Part shown: positions 15,155 to 22,428 of the stretch, one piece after another
How the letters are laid out: every line of letters starts with the position of its first letter
Position numbering within the stretch: the first letter of the stretch is position 1
NCBI GenBank assembly: GCA_007121785.1
Contig: SKJX01000083.1
Coordinates: forward strand, 169-24,168
Source: Nitriliruptoraceae bacterium
GTDB taxonomy: Bacteria; Actinomycetota; Nitriliruptoria; Nitriliruptorales; Nitriliruptoraceae
Reading direction: 5' to 3'
DNA length: 24,000 bases
Translations under genes and position numbers: made by a program
The notes under the pieces: generated by a model
What the model was told of the DNA's origin: nothing
Databases searched by the model: none
The model's input: only the letters and a program-made list of their open reading frames with translations

Positions 15155-16477
15155 TCATCGGTCGGGCCCGGCCGGGGGCGACGTCGAGGGGCGCGGTGGG
15201 GCCTCGACGCCGGTGGGCCACAACCCGGCCAGTAGGGCCGACGCTAGAGCAGCACCGACGGCCACGCCGCCGATGGCGAACAGCGGGAGCCCGTCGACCA
15301 CCCGGGCAGCCCCGACGGCGGCCGTCAGGACCCCCAGGTTGAGCAGGACGGCGCGGCTGCGGGCCCCGACCTCCAGCCGCTCACGGAGCACGTCACGGGC
15401 CTCGGTGCTGTGCCCACGCAGCATCGGTGCGAGGTAGATCAACGTGGCCGTGATGGCCTGGGCCAGGACCCCGGCCAGCGCCACCGTGCCCAGCAGGTCG
15501 AGCCACCGCCAGGTGCCGGTCGCGACCACGGCGACGTCGCCCCACGCGAACACCGGGAACCAGAGGCACACCCCCAGCACCAGCGGCCGGGCCGCCGTCA
15601 CCCGGGCGCGGTAGACGGCTCGGAAGACCGGCAGGCACACCAACGTGGCCGCGGTGGCGTACACCGCCAGCCCGGCACCGGCGACGACCTGCGCCGCGAG
15701 CCCCCACGGTCCGTCCAGCGCCGTGAGCAGCAGCACCAGGACCGCGACGCTCAAGCCCGTCGCCCCGTGGCGCAGCCAGCGGGCCGCACGAGCGTCCGCA
15801 CCCGGCTCGATCTGGCAGCGCGCCATCGTCGGCCCGAAGAACACCAGGGTCGCCAGCAGGGTCAGCCCACCCCACCCGAGCACGTTGGCGTGCAGGTGCG
15901 CCAGCCGGGTCGAGGCGTACCACGTGCCGCTGACCAGCCCGACCCCCAGCAGCGCCCCGAAGACCGCGCCGTGGATGAACGCGCCGTGGGCGCGTTCGTA
16001 GATCCGCGCGATCCACGCGAAGCGGGCACCGATGGCGGAGCGGCGCATGTGGCGCAGCCGGCGGTACGCCACGAACACCGACACGGTGACGGTCGTGGCC
16101 CCGATCGCCAGCGCCGGCAGCCAACCGGTCGGCAGCCCGATCAGCGTCACCGCGATGCCGACGTTGGTGACGACCGGCCAGACGGCCGACCGCTCCCCGG
16201 GGGTGCGGGTGACGGTCCGGCCGAAGTGCTCGCTGAAGGTCAGCACCAGGTTGGTGAGCACCCCGAGCGTGAACAGGTGCACCGCGAACCACCGGCCACC
16301 GGGCAGGTGGTCACCGAGGATGAGCCAGACGACCAGCAGCGCCGCGTAGCCGAGCGCCAGGGCGATGCTGGGAGCGGCGGGACCGAACGGCGAACGTCCG
16401 CGAGGGCGTTGGCCGTGGCCGGGCCGCAGGGACGGCAGCGAGGACGCGTTCGGGTTCATCCCGGCACCAGCGTTCAT
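15155..16477 (-). CDS. Polytopic His-containing membrane protein, NnrS-like (paralog 2)
   Basis: ORF 15155..16933. The start is assigned to ATG 16477, which overlaps the upstream stop (ATGA at 16474-16477). WFAVHLFTLG resembles the NnrS WHAHEMLFGF motif, and HANVLGWGGLTLLATL resembles the NnrS HALTVGAIGLMTLAMM motif. The family call is by eye only. Confidence 0.45.
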   Translation of the reverse strand: MNAGAGMNPNASSLPSLRPGHGQRPRGRSPFGPAAPSIALALGYAALLVVWLILGDHLPGGRWFAVHLFTLGVLTNLVLTFSEHFGRTVTRTPGERSAVWPVVTNVGIAVTLIGLPTGWLPALAIGATTVTVSVFVAYRRLRHMRRSAIGARFAWIARIYERAHGAFIHGAVFGALLGVGLVSGTWYASTRLAHLHANVLGWGGLTLLATLVFFGPTMARCQIEPGADARAARWLRHGATGLSVAVLVLLLTALDGPWGLAAQVVAGAGLAVYATAATLVCLPVFRAVYRARVTAARPLVLGVCLWFPVFAWGDVAVVATGTWRWLDLLGTVALAGVLAQAITATLIYLAPMLRGHSTEARDVLRERLEVGARSRAVLLNLGVLTAAVGAARVVDGLPLFAIGGVAVGAALASALLAGLWPTGVEAPPRPSTSPPAGPDR

Positions 16478-17607
16478 GCCGGCACCGGTGCGGTCGAGGC
16501 CGTGCGGCGTCCGCGACGCACCGACCGGACGGTCAGGACCAGGAACACCGTCAGGGCGAGGACGTTGCCGTGCAGCGCGACCTCGCGCCAGCCTTCCGAG
16601 CCGAGCAGGTCCGCGCCGATCCGCACCGCGACGGAGACGTGGAGCAGCGTGAGCGGCAGGTAGGCACGTCGGTGGAACTCCAGCGGGGTCCGGAGCACGG
16701 CCGGGACGATGATCGGAGCATGGCCCATCACCATCGACAGCACGAACCCGACGAACAGCGAGTGCACCAGCGCGTCGTGCAGCAGGTGACCGGAGGCACC
16801 CAGGGCCATCGCGACCCACAACACCCCGCTGACGGCCATCCAGACGTACGCCGTCAGCAGGCAGATGGCGATGAACCGGGTCAGCCCCGTGCGGTGGACG
16901 GTCCGGCGCGCCAGGTCGTAGCGGACCAACCACGCGACCTGGCCCAGCAGCCCCAGCCCGCCCAGCAGCAGCCCGGTCGAGCGCCAGAACGCCGCCATGG
17001 CCACCCCCAGCGCGAAGACGCCCACCGCGACCAGGAACCGACGACGGCTCCGTGCGGAGGGCAGGGTCAATCGGCTCAGCTCCAGCCGTTCACCGACGAT
17101 CGTCAGCACCAGGAACGCCGCCAGCAGCGGCGTGATCCGGATCGGGCCCAGCCCCGCCAGCCACAGCACGGCCGCCCCGACCCAGGCGAGAGCACCGAGC
17201 CCCATGATCGCCAGGTGCACCTCGCGCCCACCTCGACGCAGCAGCTCCAGATAGGTCGCGGTGACCACCAGACCGCCGAGCAGCAACAGCACGCCGCCGA
17301 CCGGTCGCAGCAGCGGCAACGTCAGCGTCGCCGCCCCGGTCAGCGCGGGGCCGAGGTAGCCCCACCGGGTGCCGAGCGCGACCGCCCGCTCCAGCGCGAT
17401 GACGGTGCCGAGGAACCCGAGCACCATGATCACGCCGTGCAGATCCGGTGCGACGAACCGGTGCTCGATCCCGGCGCGGCCCAGCCCGGTGTACACCCCG
17501 AGGACCAACCCGATCCCTCCGAGCAGCAGCAGCGCCAACCGATGCTGCGGCAACCGAGGAGCGGTGCCAGCGATGGGTGTGGACGGCGGGGACGTCGAGG
17601 TGGTCAC
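16474..17607 (-). CDS. Polytopic His-containing membrane protein, NnrS-like (paralog 1)
   Basis: ORF 16474..17805. The start is assigned to GTG 17607, which overlaps the regulator stop (GTGA at 17604-17607) and has an AGGAG SD 6 nt upstream. Motifs LHGVIMVLGFLGTVIA, IVGERLELS, AYVW and HSLFVGFVLSMVMGH parallel the NnrS motifs WHAHEMLFGFxxAVIA, IGGRIIPAF, LHxxYxW and HALTVGAIGLMTLAM. Confidence 0.5.
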   Translation of the reverse strand: MTTSTSPPSTPIAGTAPRLPQHRLALLLLGGIGLVLGVYTGLGRAGIEHRFVAPDLHGVIMVLGFLGTVIALERAVALGTRWGYLGPALTGAATLTLPLLRPVGGVLLLLGGLVVTATYLELLRRGGREVHLAIMGLGALAWVGAAVLWLAGLGPIRITPLLAAFLVLTIVGERLELSRLTLPSARSRRRFLVAVGVFALGVAMAAFWRSTGLLLGGLGLLGQVAWLVRYDLARRTVHRTGLTRFIAICLLTAYVWMAVSGVLWVAMALGASGHLLHDALVHSLFVGFVLSMVMGHAPIIVPAVLRTPLEFHRRAYLPLTLLHVSVAVRIGADLLGSEGWREVALHGNVLALTVFLVLTVRSVRRGRRTASTAPVPA

Positions 17608-18407
17608 GTGGCGCTCCTGAGTCGGGCGACGCAGCCGCCGAACCGCTCGGTCGAGCCGTTCGCGTGCTCGGACGGGGCGTCCCCCGGGTCGAGGGCGAGC
17701 AGCTCCACCTCGTCGCCCATCGCGTCGAGGGCGCCGCGGGTGATGCCGCGGTGCACCGCACACGCGATCTCCGGGTGGATCGCGGCGACGTCGTGGAACG
17801 GGCACCGCGGGAAGGTCAGGTGCAGCTCGGCGTCGGCCAGCTCGGCGACGTCCGGCTCGAAGCCCCAGGACGCGAGCACGGCCAGCAGCCGTTCGATCGC
17901 GTCGCTCGCATCGAGGTGGCGCTCGCGTCCGTCGTCGAGCACCGCGCGGCGGCCCCAGGTTGCGGCGGCATCCTCCGCGATCCGGGCGGGATCCGCGTGG
18001 TCGTGCTGGACCTGACCGGCCAACAGGACGGCCAACCGTCGGTAGACGTCGTCGTCCTGCTCGGCATGGTCGGCGTGATCGGCGTGGTCGGCGTGATCGG
18101 CGTGGTCGGCGTGGTCGCCGCCTGAGCCGACGTCATCGGTGGCGGTGCCTTCACCGAGGTCCGCCTCCGACGCGAGCCGGTACAGCGACCGCGGCCGACC
18201 CGGGCCGTCGGGGGCATCCGTCTCGTGCGCGACCAGCCCGGCGATCTCCAGGACACCGAGGTGGGTGCGTACGGTGTTGCGGTGAAGGTCGAGCCGGTCC
18301 GCGAGGTCACCGATCGCCAGCGGCGAACCAGCGGCGCGCAGCAACTCGAGCAGCTGCGCACGGACCGGACTGGCCAGCGCCCGGTGGACCGTCACCTCGC
18401 TCGTCAC
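17604..18407 (-). CDS. ArsR/HTH_20-type winged-helix transcriptional regulator with an internal (DHA)6 repeat and a C-terminal Cys/His-containing domain
   Basis: GTG start at 18407. The N-terminal wHTH reads ALASPVRAQLLELLRAAGSPLAIGDLADRLDLHRNTVRTHLGVLEIAGLV. The linker is GGDHADHADHADHADHADHAEQDDD. The C-terminal domain has the pattern FPRCPFHD...EIACAVHRG. Confidence 0.75.
   Translation of the reverse strand: MTSEVTVHRALASPVRAQLLELLRAAGSPLAIGDLADRLDLHRNTVRTHLGVLEIAGLVAHETDAPDGPGRPRSLYRLASEADLGEGTATDDVGSGGDHADHADHADHADHADHAEQDDDVYRRLAVLLAGQVQHDHADPARIAEDAAATWGRRAVLDDGRERHLDASDAIERLLAVLASWGFEPDVAELADAELHLTFPRCPFHDVAAIHPEIACAVHRGITRGALDAMGDEVELLALDPGDAPSEHANGSTERFGGCVARLRSAT
18063..18116 (-). 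repeat. In-frame 9-bp tandem repeat x6 (GGCGTGRTC on the plus strand) encoding (Asp-His-Ala)6 inside the regulator gene
   Basis: Read directly: ggcatggtc ggcgtgatc ggcgtggtc ggcgtgatc ggcgtggtc ggcgtggtc. Confidence 0.95.
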
Positions 18408-18423
18408 GCCGTCACCTCGCTCG
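18389..18423. repeat. 15-bp direct repeat CCGTCACCTCGCTCG x2 (20-bp period) spanning the regulator start codon
   Basis: The copies lie at 18389-18403 and 18409-18423. On the coding strand each copy contains GAGGTGACGG, that is, an SD-like GAGG followed by GTG. Confidence 0.9.
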
Positions 18424-18430
18424 ACACGGT

Positions 18431-18551
18431 GGGGACCTCGGTGGGATCCAGCGGGATCCAGCGGGGACCGTCGGTCGGGATCGTCGGTCGGGATCCAGCG
18501 GGGACCGTCGGTCGGGACCGTCGGTCGGGATCGTCGGCGGGCCAGCCGAAC
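18431..18551. repeat. Non-coding tandem array of about 11 short units (10-14 bp) of two types, GGGATCCAGC and GGG(G)AYCGTCGGTC
   Basis: Read directly. The units start at 18431, 18443, 18453, 18463, 18477, 18490, 18500, 18514, 18527, 18539 and 18552. The 37-bp block 18453-18489 recurs at 18490-18538 with one extra 13-bp unit. Confidence 0.9.
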
Positions 18552-18568
18552 GGGCAGCCCACCCGCCA

Positions 18569-18584
18569 GAGGTCAGCTGACCTC
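18569..18584. promoter_or_regulatory. Perfect 16-bp palindrome GAGGTCAGCTGACCTC overlapping the cupredoxin stop codon; candidate operator or short hairpin
   Basis: Read directly. It lies immediately upstream (on the minus strand) of the repeat array and the regulator gene. Confidence 0.3.
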
Positions 18585-18947
18585 CAGGGTCCCTTCCATC
18601 CCGGCGTCCCGGTGGCCCGGGATGCTGCAGTAGACGGTGTAGGTCCCGGCGTCCAGGTCGATCGTGCCGGTGTTGGTCTCACCGGGGTCGGCGTGCACGA
18701 CCAGGTCATCGCCCTCCTCCTCGACCACGAAGTCGTGTTCGACCCCGCCGACGTTCTCCAGGGCCACGGTGACCTCGCCGGCGTCCGCAGCGAACGACTC
18801 GGGCTCGAAGTACATGTCGCCGGCTTCGATCTGCAGCGAGCCGTCGGTCGCGGGCTCCGCGGCGTCGCCGCCGTTGCCGCATCCGGCCAGCACGACGGCG
18901 GCGGTGGCAGCCATGGCCACCAGGCGGGTCGTCCGTGTCCTGTTCAT
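18573..18947 (-). CDS. Type-1 (blue) copper protein, plastocyanin/azurin-like cupredoxin lipoprotein
   Basis: The start is ATG 18947, or GTG 18950 as an alternative, with a GAGAGGA SD. The signal peptide has the lipobox VLAGC. The copper ligands are His in GGVEHDF and the C-x4-H-x4-M motif YCSIPGHRDAGM. Confidence 0.85.
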   Translation of the reverse strand: MNRTRTTRLVAMAATAAVVLAGCGNGGDAAEPATDGSLQIEAGDMYFEPESFAADAGEVTVALENVGGVEHDFVVEEEGDDLVVHADPGETNTGTIDLDAGTYTVYCSIPGHRDAGMEGTLEVS

Positions 18948-19011
18948 CACAACGTCCTCTCTGTCGGGTCCGCAGCGACCGATGTCGCCGTCGTTGGAGT
19001 GACCGGCTCGG

Positions 19012-19029
19012 GTACTAAACGTTTTGTAC
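19012..19029. promoter_or_regulatory. Imperfect 18-bp palindrome GTACTAAACGTTTTGTAC (8 of 9 arm pairs) inside the most AT-rich patch of the window; candidate operator or promoter of the cupredoxin gene
   Basis: Read directly. It lies 65-82 nt upstream of the cupredoxin start, with TTGCAT and TAGTGT/TAGTAC hexamers nearby on the minus strand. Confidence 0.35.
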
Positions 19030-19080
19030 TACACTAATGATTACGATGCAAGCCCGGAGCCCACACCGCACGCCCCGGGA

Positions 19081-20322
19081 TCATCCCTGCGGCGCGTGCT
19101 CCTGCCCGGCCAGCCAACGGTCGACGACGATGAAGCGCCAGACCGTGTGCACCAGGCCGGCGAGAGCGACGGTGGAGAGCAGCATCAGCCCGATGGCGAA
19201 GGAACCGGTCACCTGGAATACGCCGCCCATGACCAGGGGTGGGAGGAACCCGCCGAGTCCTCCGGCCGCACCGACGAACCCGGTGACCGCACCGACCGAC
19301 GTCTCGGGGGCCCGACGACCGACCAGCGCGAACACCGCACCGTTGCCGATGCCCAGGGCGGCCGCGACGGACAGGAACGTCGCGGTGGAGGCCACCAGCG
19401 GGAACTCGAAGGCGATCACGATCGCCCCGGCACCGATGACGGCCAGCGCGGCCGCCAGCACCCGTGGGGCGTCGATCCGGTCGGCCAGGATCCCACCGAC
19501 CGGGCGAGCGATCGTGGCCAGGACGAGGAAGCCGCCGGTGCGCGCCGCCGCATCCGCCGCCGTCAGGTCGTAGATCTGCTGGAGGTAGCTGGGCAGGTAG
19601 ACCCCGAAGGCGACGAAGCCACCGAAGGTGATGGCGTACAGGGCGGCGAGGTCGTACGTCACCCGCAGGGCCAGCGCCTTGCGCAGCCGGGCGACCATGG
19701 GCAACGTCTGCGGTTCCCAGTTCGGCGCATCCCGCCCGAAGATCCAGGCGAGGGCGGCGGTCGAGGCGAGCACCGCCCCCACGATGAGGAACACCCCCGG
19801 CCGCGAGGTGGCGCTCTGCAGCGGCTGGGTCGTGAACGCCGCGACCGCGGTCCCGGCGCCGCCCATCCCGTAGATGCCCAGCGCGGTCCCACGTCGTTCG
19901 GGTGGGAACCATGCGTTGACGAACGGCACCCCGACGGCGAACGACGCGCCGGAGAACCCCAGCAGCAGCGCTCCCAGGAGCAGGGTGGGGTAGGCCTCGA
20001 AGGCCGCCAGCCAGACCAACGGGATGACCACCGCCAGGCTGAGCCCGGTCAGCACCACCCGGCCGCCGTAGCGGTCGGTCACCGCTCCGAGGGGGATCCG
20101 TGCGAGCGACCCCAGGATGACCGGGACCGCGACGAGCAGCGACACCTGGACCGGCTGGAGCGCGAGCGCCTCGCGGTAGTCCGGCGCGAGCGGCGAGAGC
20201 AGCCCCCAGGCCCAGAACGTCGTCAGGTACGTCAACGTCGCCACCAGGAGCGCCCGCCACGCCCCGGAGCGAACCGGTGCGGCGGCCGTCACGGTGACCT
20301 CGCTCCCACCCTTGGCCTGCAT
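19081..20322 (-). CDS. MFS transporter of the NarK / nitrate-nitrite porter (NNP) type
   Basis: ORF 19081..20382. The start is uncertain: ATG 20322 has no clear SD, and GTG 20292 has a GAGG 5-6 nt upstream. The motifs FVNAWFPPERRGTALGIYGMGGAGTAV and GIGNGAVFALV...GAVTGFVGAAGGLGGFLPP parallel the two NarK nitrate-signature regions. Confidence 0.65.
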   Translation of the reverse strand: MQAKGGSEVTVTAAAPVRSGAWRALLVATLTYLTTFWAWGLLSPLAPDYREALALQPVQVSLLVAVPVILGSLARIPLGAVTDRYGGRVVLTGLSLAVVIPLVWLAAFEAYPTLLLGALLLGFSGASFAVGVPFVNAWFPPERRGTALGIYGMGGAGTAVAAFTTQPLQSATSRPGVFLIVGAVLASTAALAWIFGRDAPNWEPQTLPMVARLRKALALRVTYDLAALYAITFGGFVAFGVYLPSYLQQIYDLTAADAAARTGGFLVLATIARPVGGILADRIDAPRVLAAALAVIGAGAIVIAFEFPLVASTATFLSVAAALGIGNGAVFALVGRRAPETSVGAVTGFVGAAGGLGGFLPPLVMGGVFQVTGSFAIGLMLLSTVALAGLVHTVWRFIVVDRWLAGQEHAPQG

Positions 20323-20353
20323 CGTGCGATCCGAGCGCGCCACCGCGCGCACG

Positions 20354-21484
20354 TCAAGGAGCCGCAACGACCTCCGGTGCATCGACCGCGGACCCGTGCC
20401 GCGCCCCTCGCCGGAACGACCGACGGACCACCAGCGCCACCGGGACGGCCTGCAGCAGTCCCAGCGCGACGGTCAGGCGCACCAGCCCATCGGGCCACAC
20501 GGTCGGGAACCCGCTGGCGAACAGCATCGGCAGGTGCACGATGCCCTGGTGGTAGAGCACGGAGGCCGAGGCGATCCCGAGGGCCAGCACCCGACCCGAG
20601 GCCACCCGCAGCGCCCAGATGGCGCCACCGATCCCACCGATCAGGAAGATCGAGGTGTGCAGCAGCCCGGTCAGTTCGTCCAACGGCTCCGACGGCCAGG
20701 CGGCCAGGTCGTCGACGAGGTGGATCGTGTTGATCGCGGCGACCGCACCGACCGTCCACGCCGCCGGACGGATCAGCCCCGGCAGGTCCGGACGTCGCAG
20801 CCCGAGCACCGCCGGCAGGGCCAGCACGGCCGCCAAGGCGAGCCACGGCGTCGCGCTCGGCGGGTCCTCCCACACGAGCTGTCCGCGGACCTCCACGATC
20901 CGGCCGTCGTGGTGGAGGGGGAGCGTCCAGTCGGTGAACGGCCCTTCGTCCTCACCGGCCGAGCCGATCACCCCGACCAGCCGCATGTCCATCAACGACC
21001 GGGCCAGCGGTCCGGCGTCGACGAACCTCGGCGGCTGCGGGGCCATCCAGTGCGTCCGGTGGTCGTGCCAGACCCAGCGGGGCTCGTCGTCGACGTGCAC
21101 CCAGTCCGGCGGCGCGTCCGGGTCGACGGTCGGTGGCAGGGCGACGTCACCGAACCGTTCGCTGTTGAGGTAGGTGGCAGCCGAGTGGCGGTTGCGCTGG
21201 ACCCCGTCGGGTCCGATCCGCAGGTACGGCTCGCGGTCGTAGCCCTCGACGATCACCGGCTGGTCGCCCTCGTTGACGAGTTCGACGGCGAGCCCGCCGG
21301 TGTGGACGGTGAGCTGGACACCGGGCAGTTCGGGGCCTTCGACCACCTCGCTGACGATGTTGGTGGTCTCCTCCGTCCGCGTGTGCGCGTCGGCGCCGGC
21401 CGTCCATCCCAGCAGCACCGCGGCACCGGCCGCGGACACGACGGACAGCCGGACGGGCCACCGCAGCGTGCCGGTCACCACCAT
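20354..21484 (-). CDS. Unknown protein with a signal peptide, a His-rich extracytoplasmic domain and about five C-terminal TM helices
   Basis: ORF 20354..21982. The start is assigned to ATG 21484, which overlaps the ctaB stop by 10 nt. The predicted signal peptide ends in GADA followed by HTRTEE. The periplasmic part contains WVHVDDEPRWVWHDHRTHWM. I recognise no family. Confidence 0.55.
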   Translation of the reverse strand: MVVTGTLRWPVRLSVVSAAGAAVLLGWTAGADAHTRTEETTNIVSEVVEGPELPGVQLTVHTGGLAVELVNEGDQPVIVEGYDREPYLRIGPDGVQRNRHSAATYLNSERFGDVALPPTVDPDAPPDWVHVDDEPRWVWHDHRTHWMAPQPPRFVDAGPLARSLMDMRLVGVIGSAGEDEGPFTDWTLPLHHDGRIVEVRGQLVWEDPPSATPWLALAAVLALPAVLGLRRPDLPGLIRPAAWTVGAVAAINTIHLVDDLAAWPSEPLDELTGLLHTSIFLIGGIGGAIWALRVASGRVLALGIASASVLYHQGIVHLPMLFASGFPTVWPDGLVRLTVALGLLQAVPVALVVRRSFRRGARHGSAVDAPEVVAAP

Positions 21485-22425
21485 GCGGTCGTGCCGATCA
21501 GCACGAACAGCAGGGCGAGGTACAGGTTGGAGGTGTGGAAGCTCTTCCAGGCGGTGGATGGTGTCGGCGAGCTGAGCAGCCGGGCCGCCCGGAGCACCAG
21601 CAGCGCTCCCAGAGCCGAAGCGAGCGCGAGGTAGCCGACCCCGCCGACGCCGACCAGGGGCAGCAGCAGGGAGCTGCTGGCGGTGGCGATCGCGTAGCCG
21701 AGCGCATGGCGGGCGGCGACCTTCGGCCCTCGGACGGTGGGCAGCATGGGGATGCCGGCACGGCCGTAGTCCTGTCCGGTGCCGACGGCCAGCGACCAGA
21801 AGTGGATCGGGGTCCAGAGCACGACGACGGTGGTGAGCACGACCGCCGCCAGCGGGACCTGGCCGGTGACCGCCGCCCACCCGATCATCGGTGGCAGCGC
21901 ACCCGCCACCCCGCCGATGACGATGTTCTGCGAGCTGCGACGCTTCAACCACAGGGTGTAGATCCCGACGTACCACAGCCACGCGGTGAGGGTCAGCAGG
22001 GCCGCGACCGGCCCGGCCGCCGTCAGCATCGTGACCGAACCCACGATCAGCAGCACGGTCGCGAAGACCAGCGCCGCTCGCGGGCGGATGCGCCCGGTCG
22101 GTAGCGGGCGATCCTCGGTCCGGTGCATCGCCCCGTCGATGTCACGGTCGATGACCATGTTGGTCGCGTGGGCGGAGCTCGACACCAGTGCACCGCCGAC
22201 CACGGTGCCGAGTACCAGCCAGGCACCCGGCCACCCACCCGCCGCGACGATCATCGCCGGCACGGTGGTGATCAGCAGCAGTTCGACGATGCGGGGTTTG
22301 GTCAGCGCCAGGTAGTCACGGACCGTCCGCCGCACGTCGGACACCGACGATGCGCGGGCGACCGTGGGTGCCCGCGCCACCCCCGGGGTGGTCGAGCCGA
22401 CGTGGGTGTTGAGCGGCGTCGCCAC
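21475..22425 (-). CDS. ctaB: Protohaem IX farnesyltransferase (haem O synthase)
   Basis: GTG start at 22425, 3 nt after the oxidase stop. UbiA-fold motifs are YLALTKPRIVELLLITT, NMVIDRDIDGAMHRTEDRPLP and YTLWLKR. Confidence 0.9.
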   Translation of the reverse strand: MATPLNTHVGSTTPGVARAPTVARASSVSDVRRTVRDYLALTKPRIVELLLITTVPAMIVAAGGWPGAWLVLGTVVGGALVSSSAHATNMVIDRDIDGAMHRTEDRPLPTGRIRPRAALVFATVLLIVGSVTMLTAAGPVAALLTLTAWLWYVGIYTLWLKRRSSQNIVIGGVAGALPPMIGWAAVTGQVPLAAVVLTTVVVLWTPIHFWSLAVGTGQDYGRAGIPMLPTVRGPKVAARHALGYAIATASSSLLLPLVGVGGVGYLALASALGALLVLRAARLLSSPTPSTAWKSFHTSNLYLALLFVLIGTTAWW

Positions 22426-22428
22426 GGG

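Noticed and set aside
18431-18551. Possible CRISPR array.
   Set aside because: The units are only 10-14 bp and directly abut each other without unique spacers. No cas genes are present.
18404-18709. ORF of 101 aa on the minus strand covering the repeat array.
   Set aside because: It overlaps the cupredoxin gene out of frame. Its translation (PTVPAGSRPTIPTDGPRW...) simply reflects the DNA repeats, and there is no SD or plausible start context.
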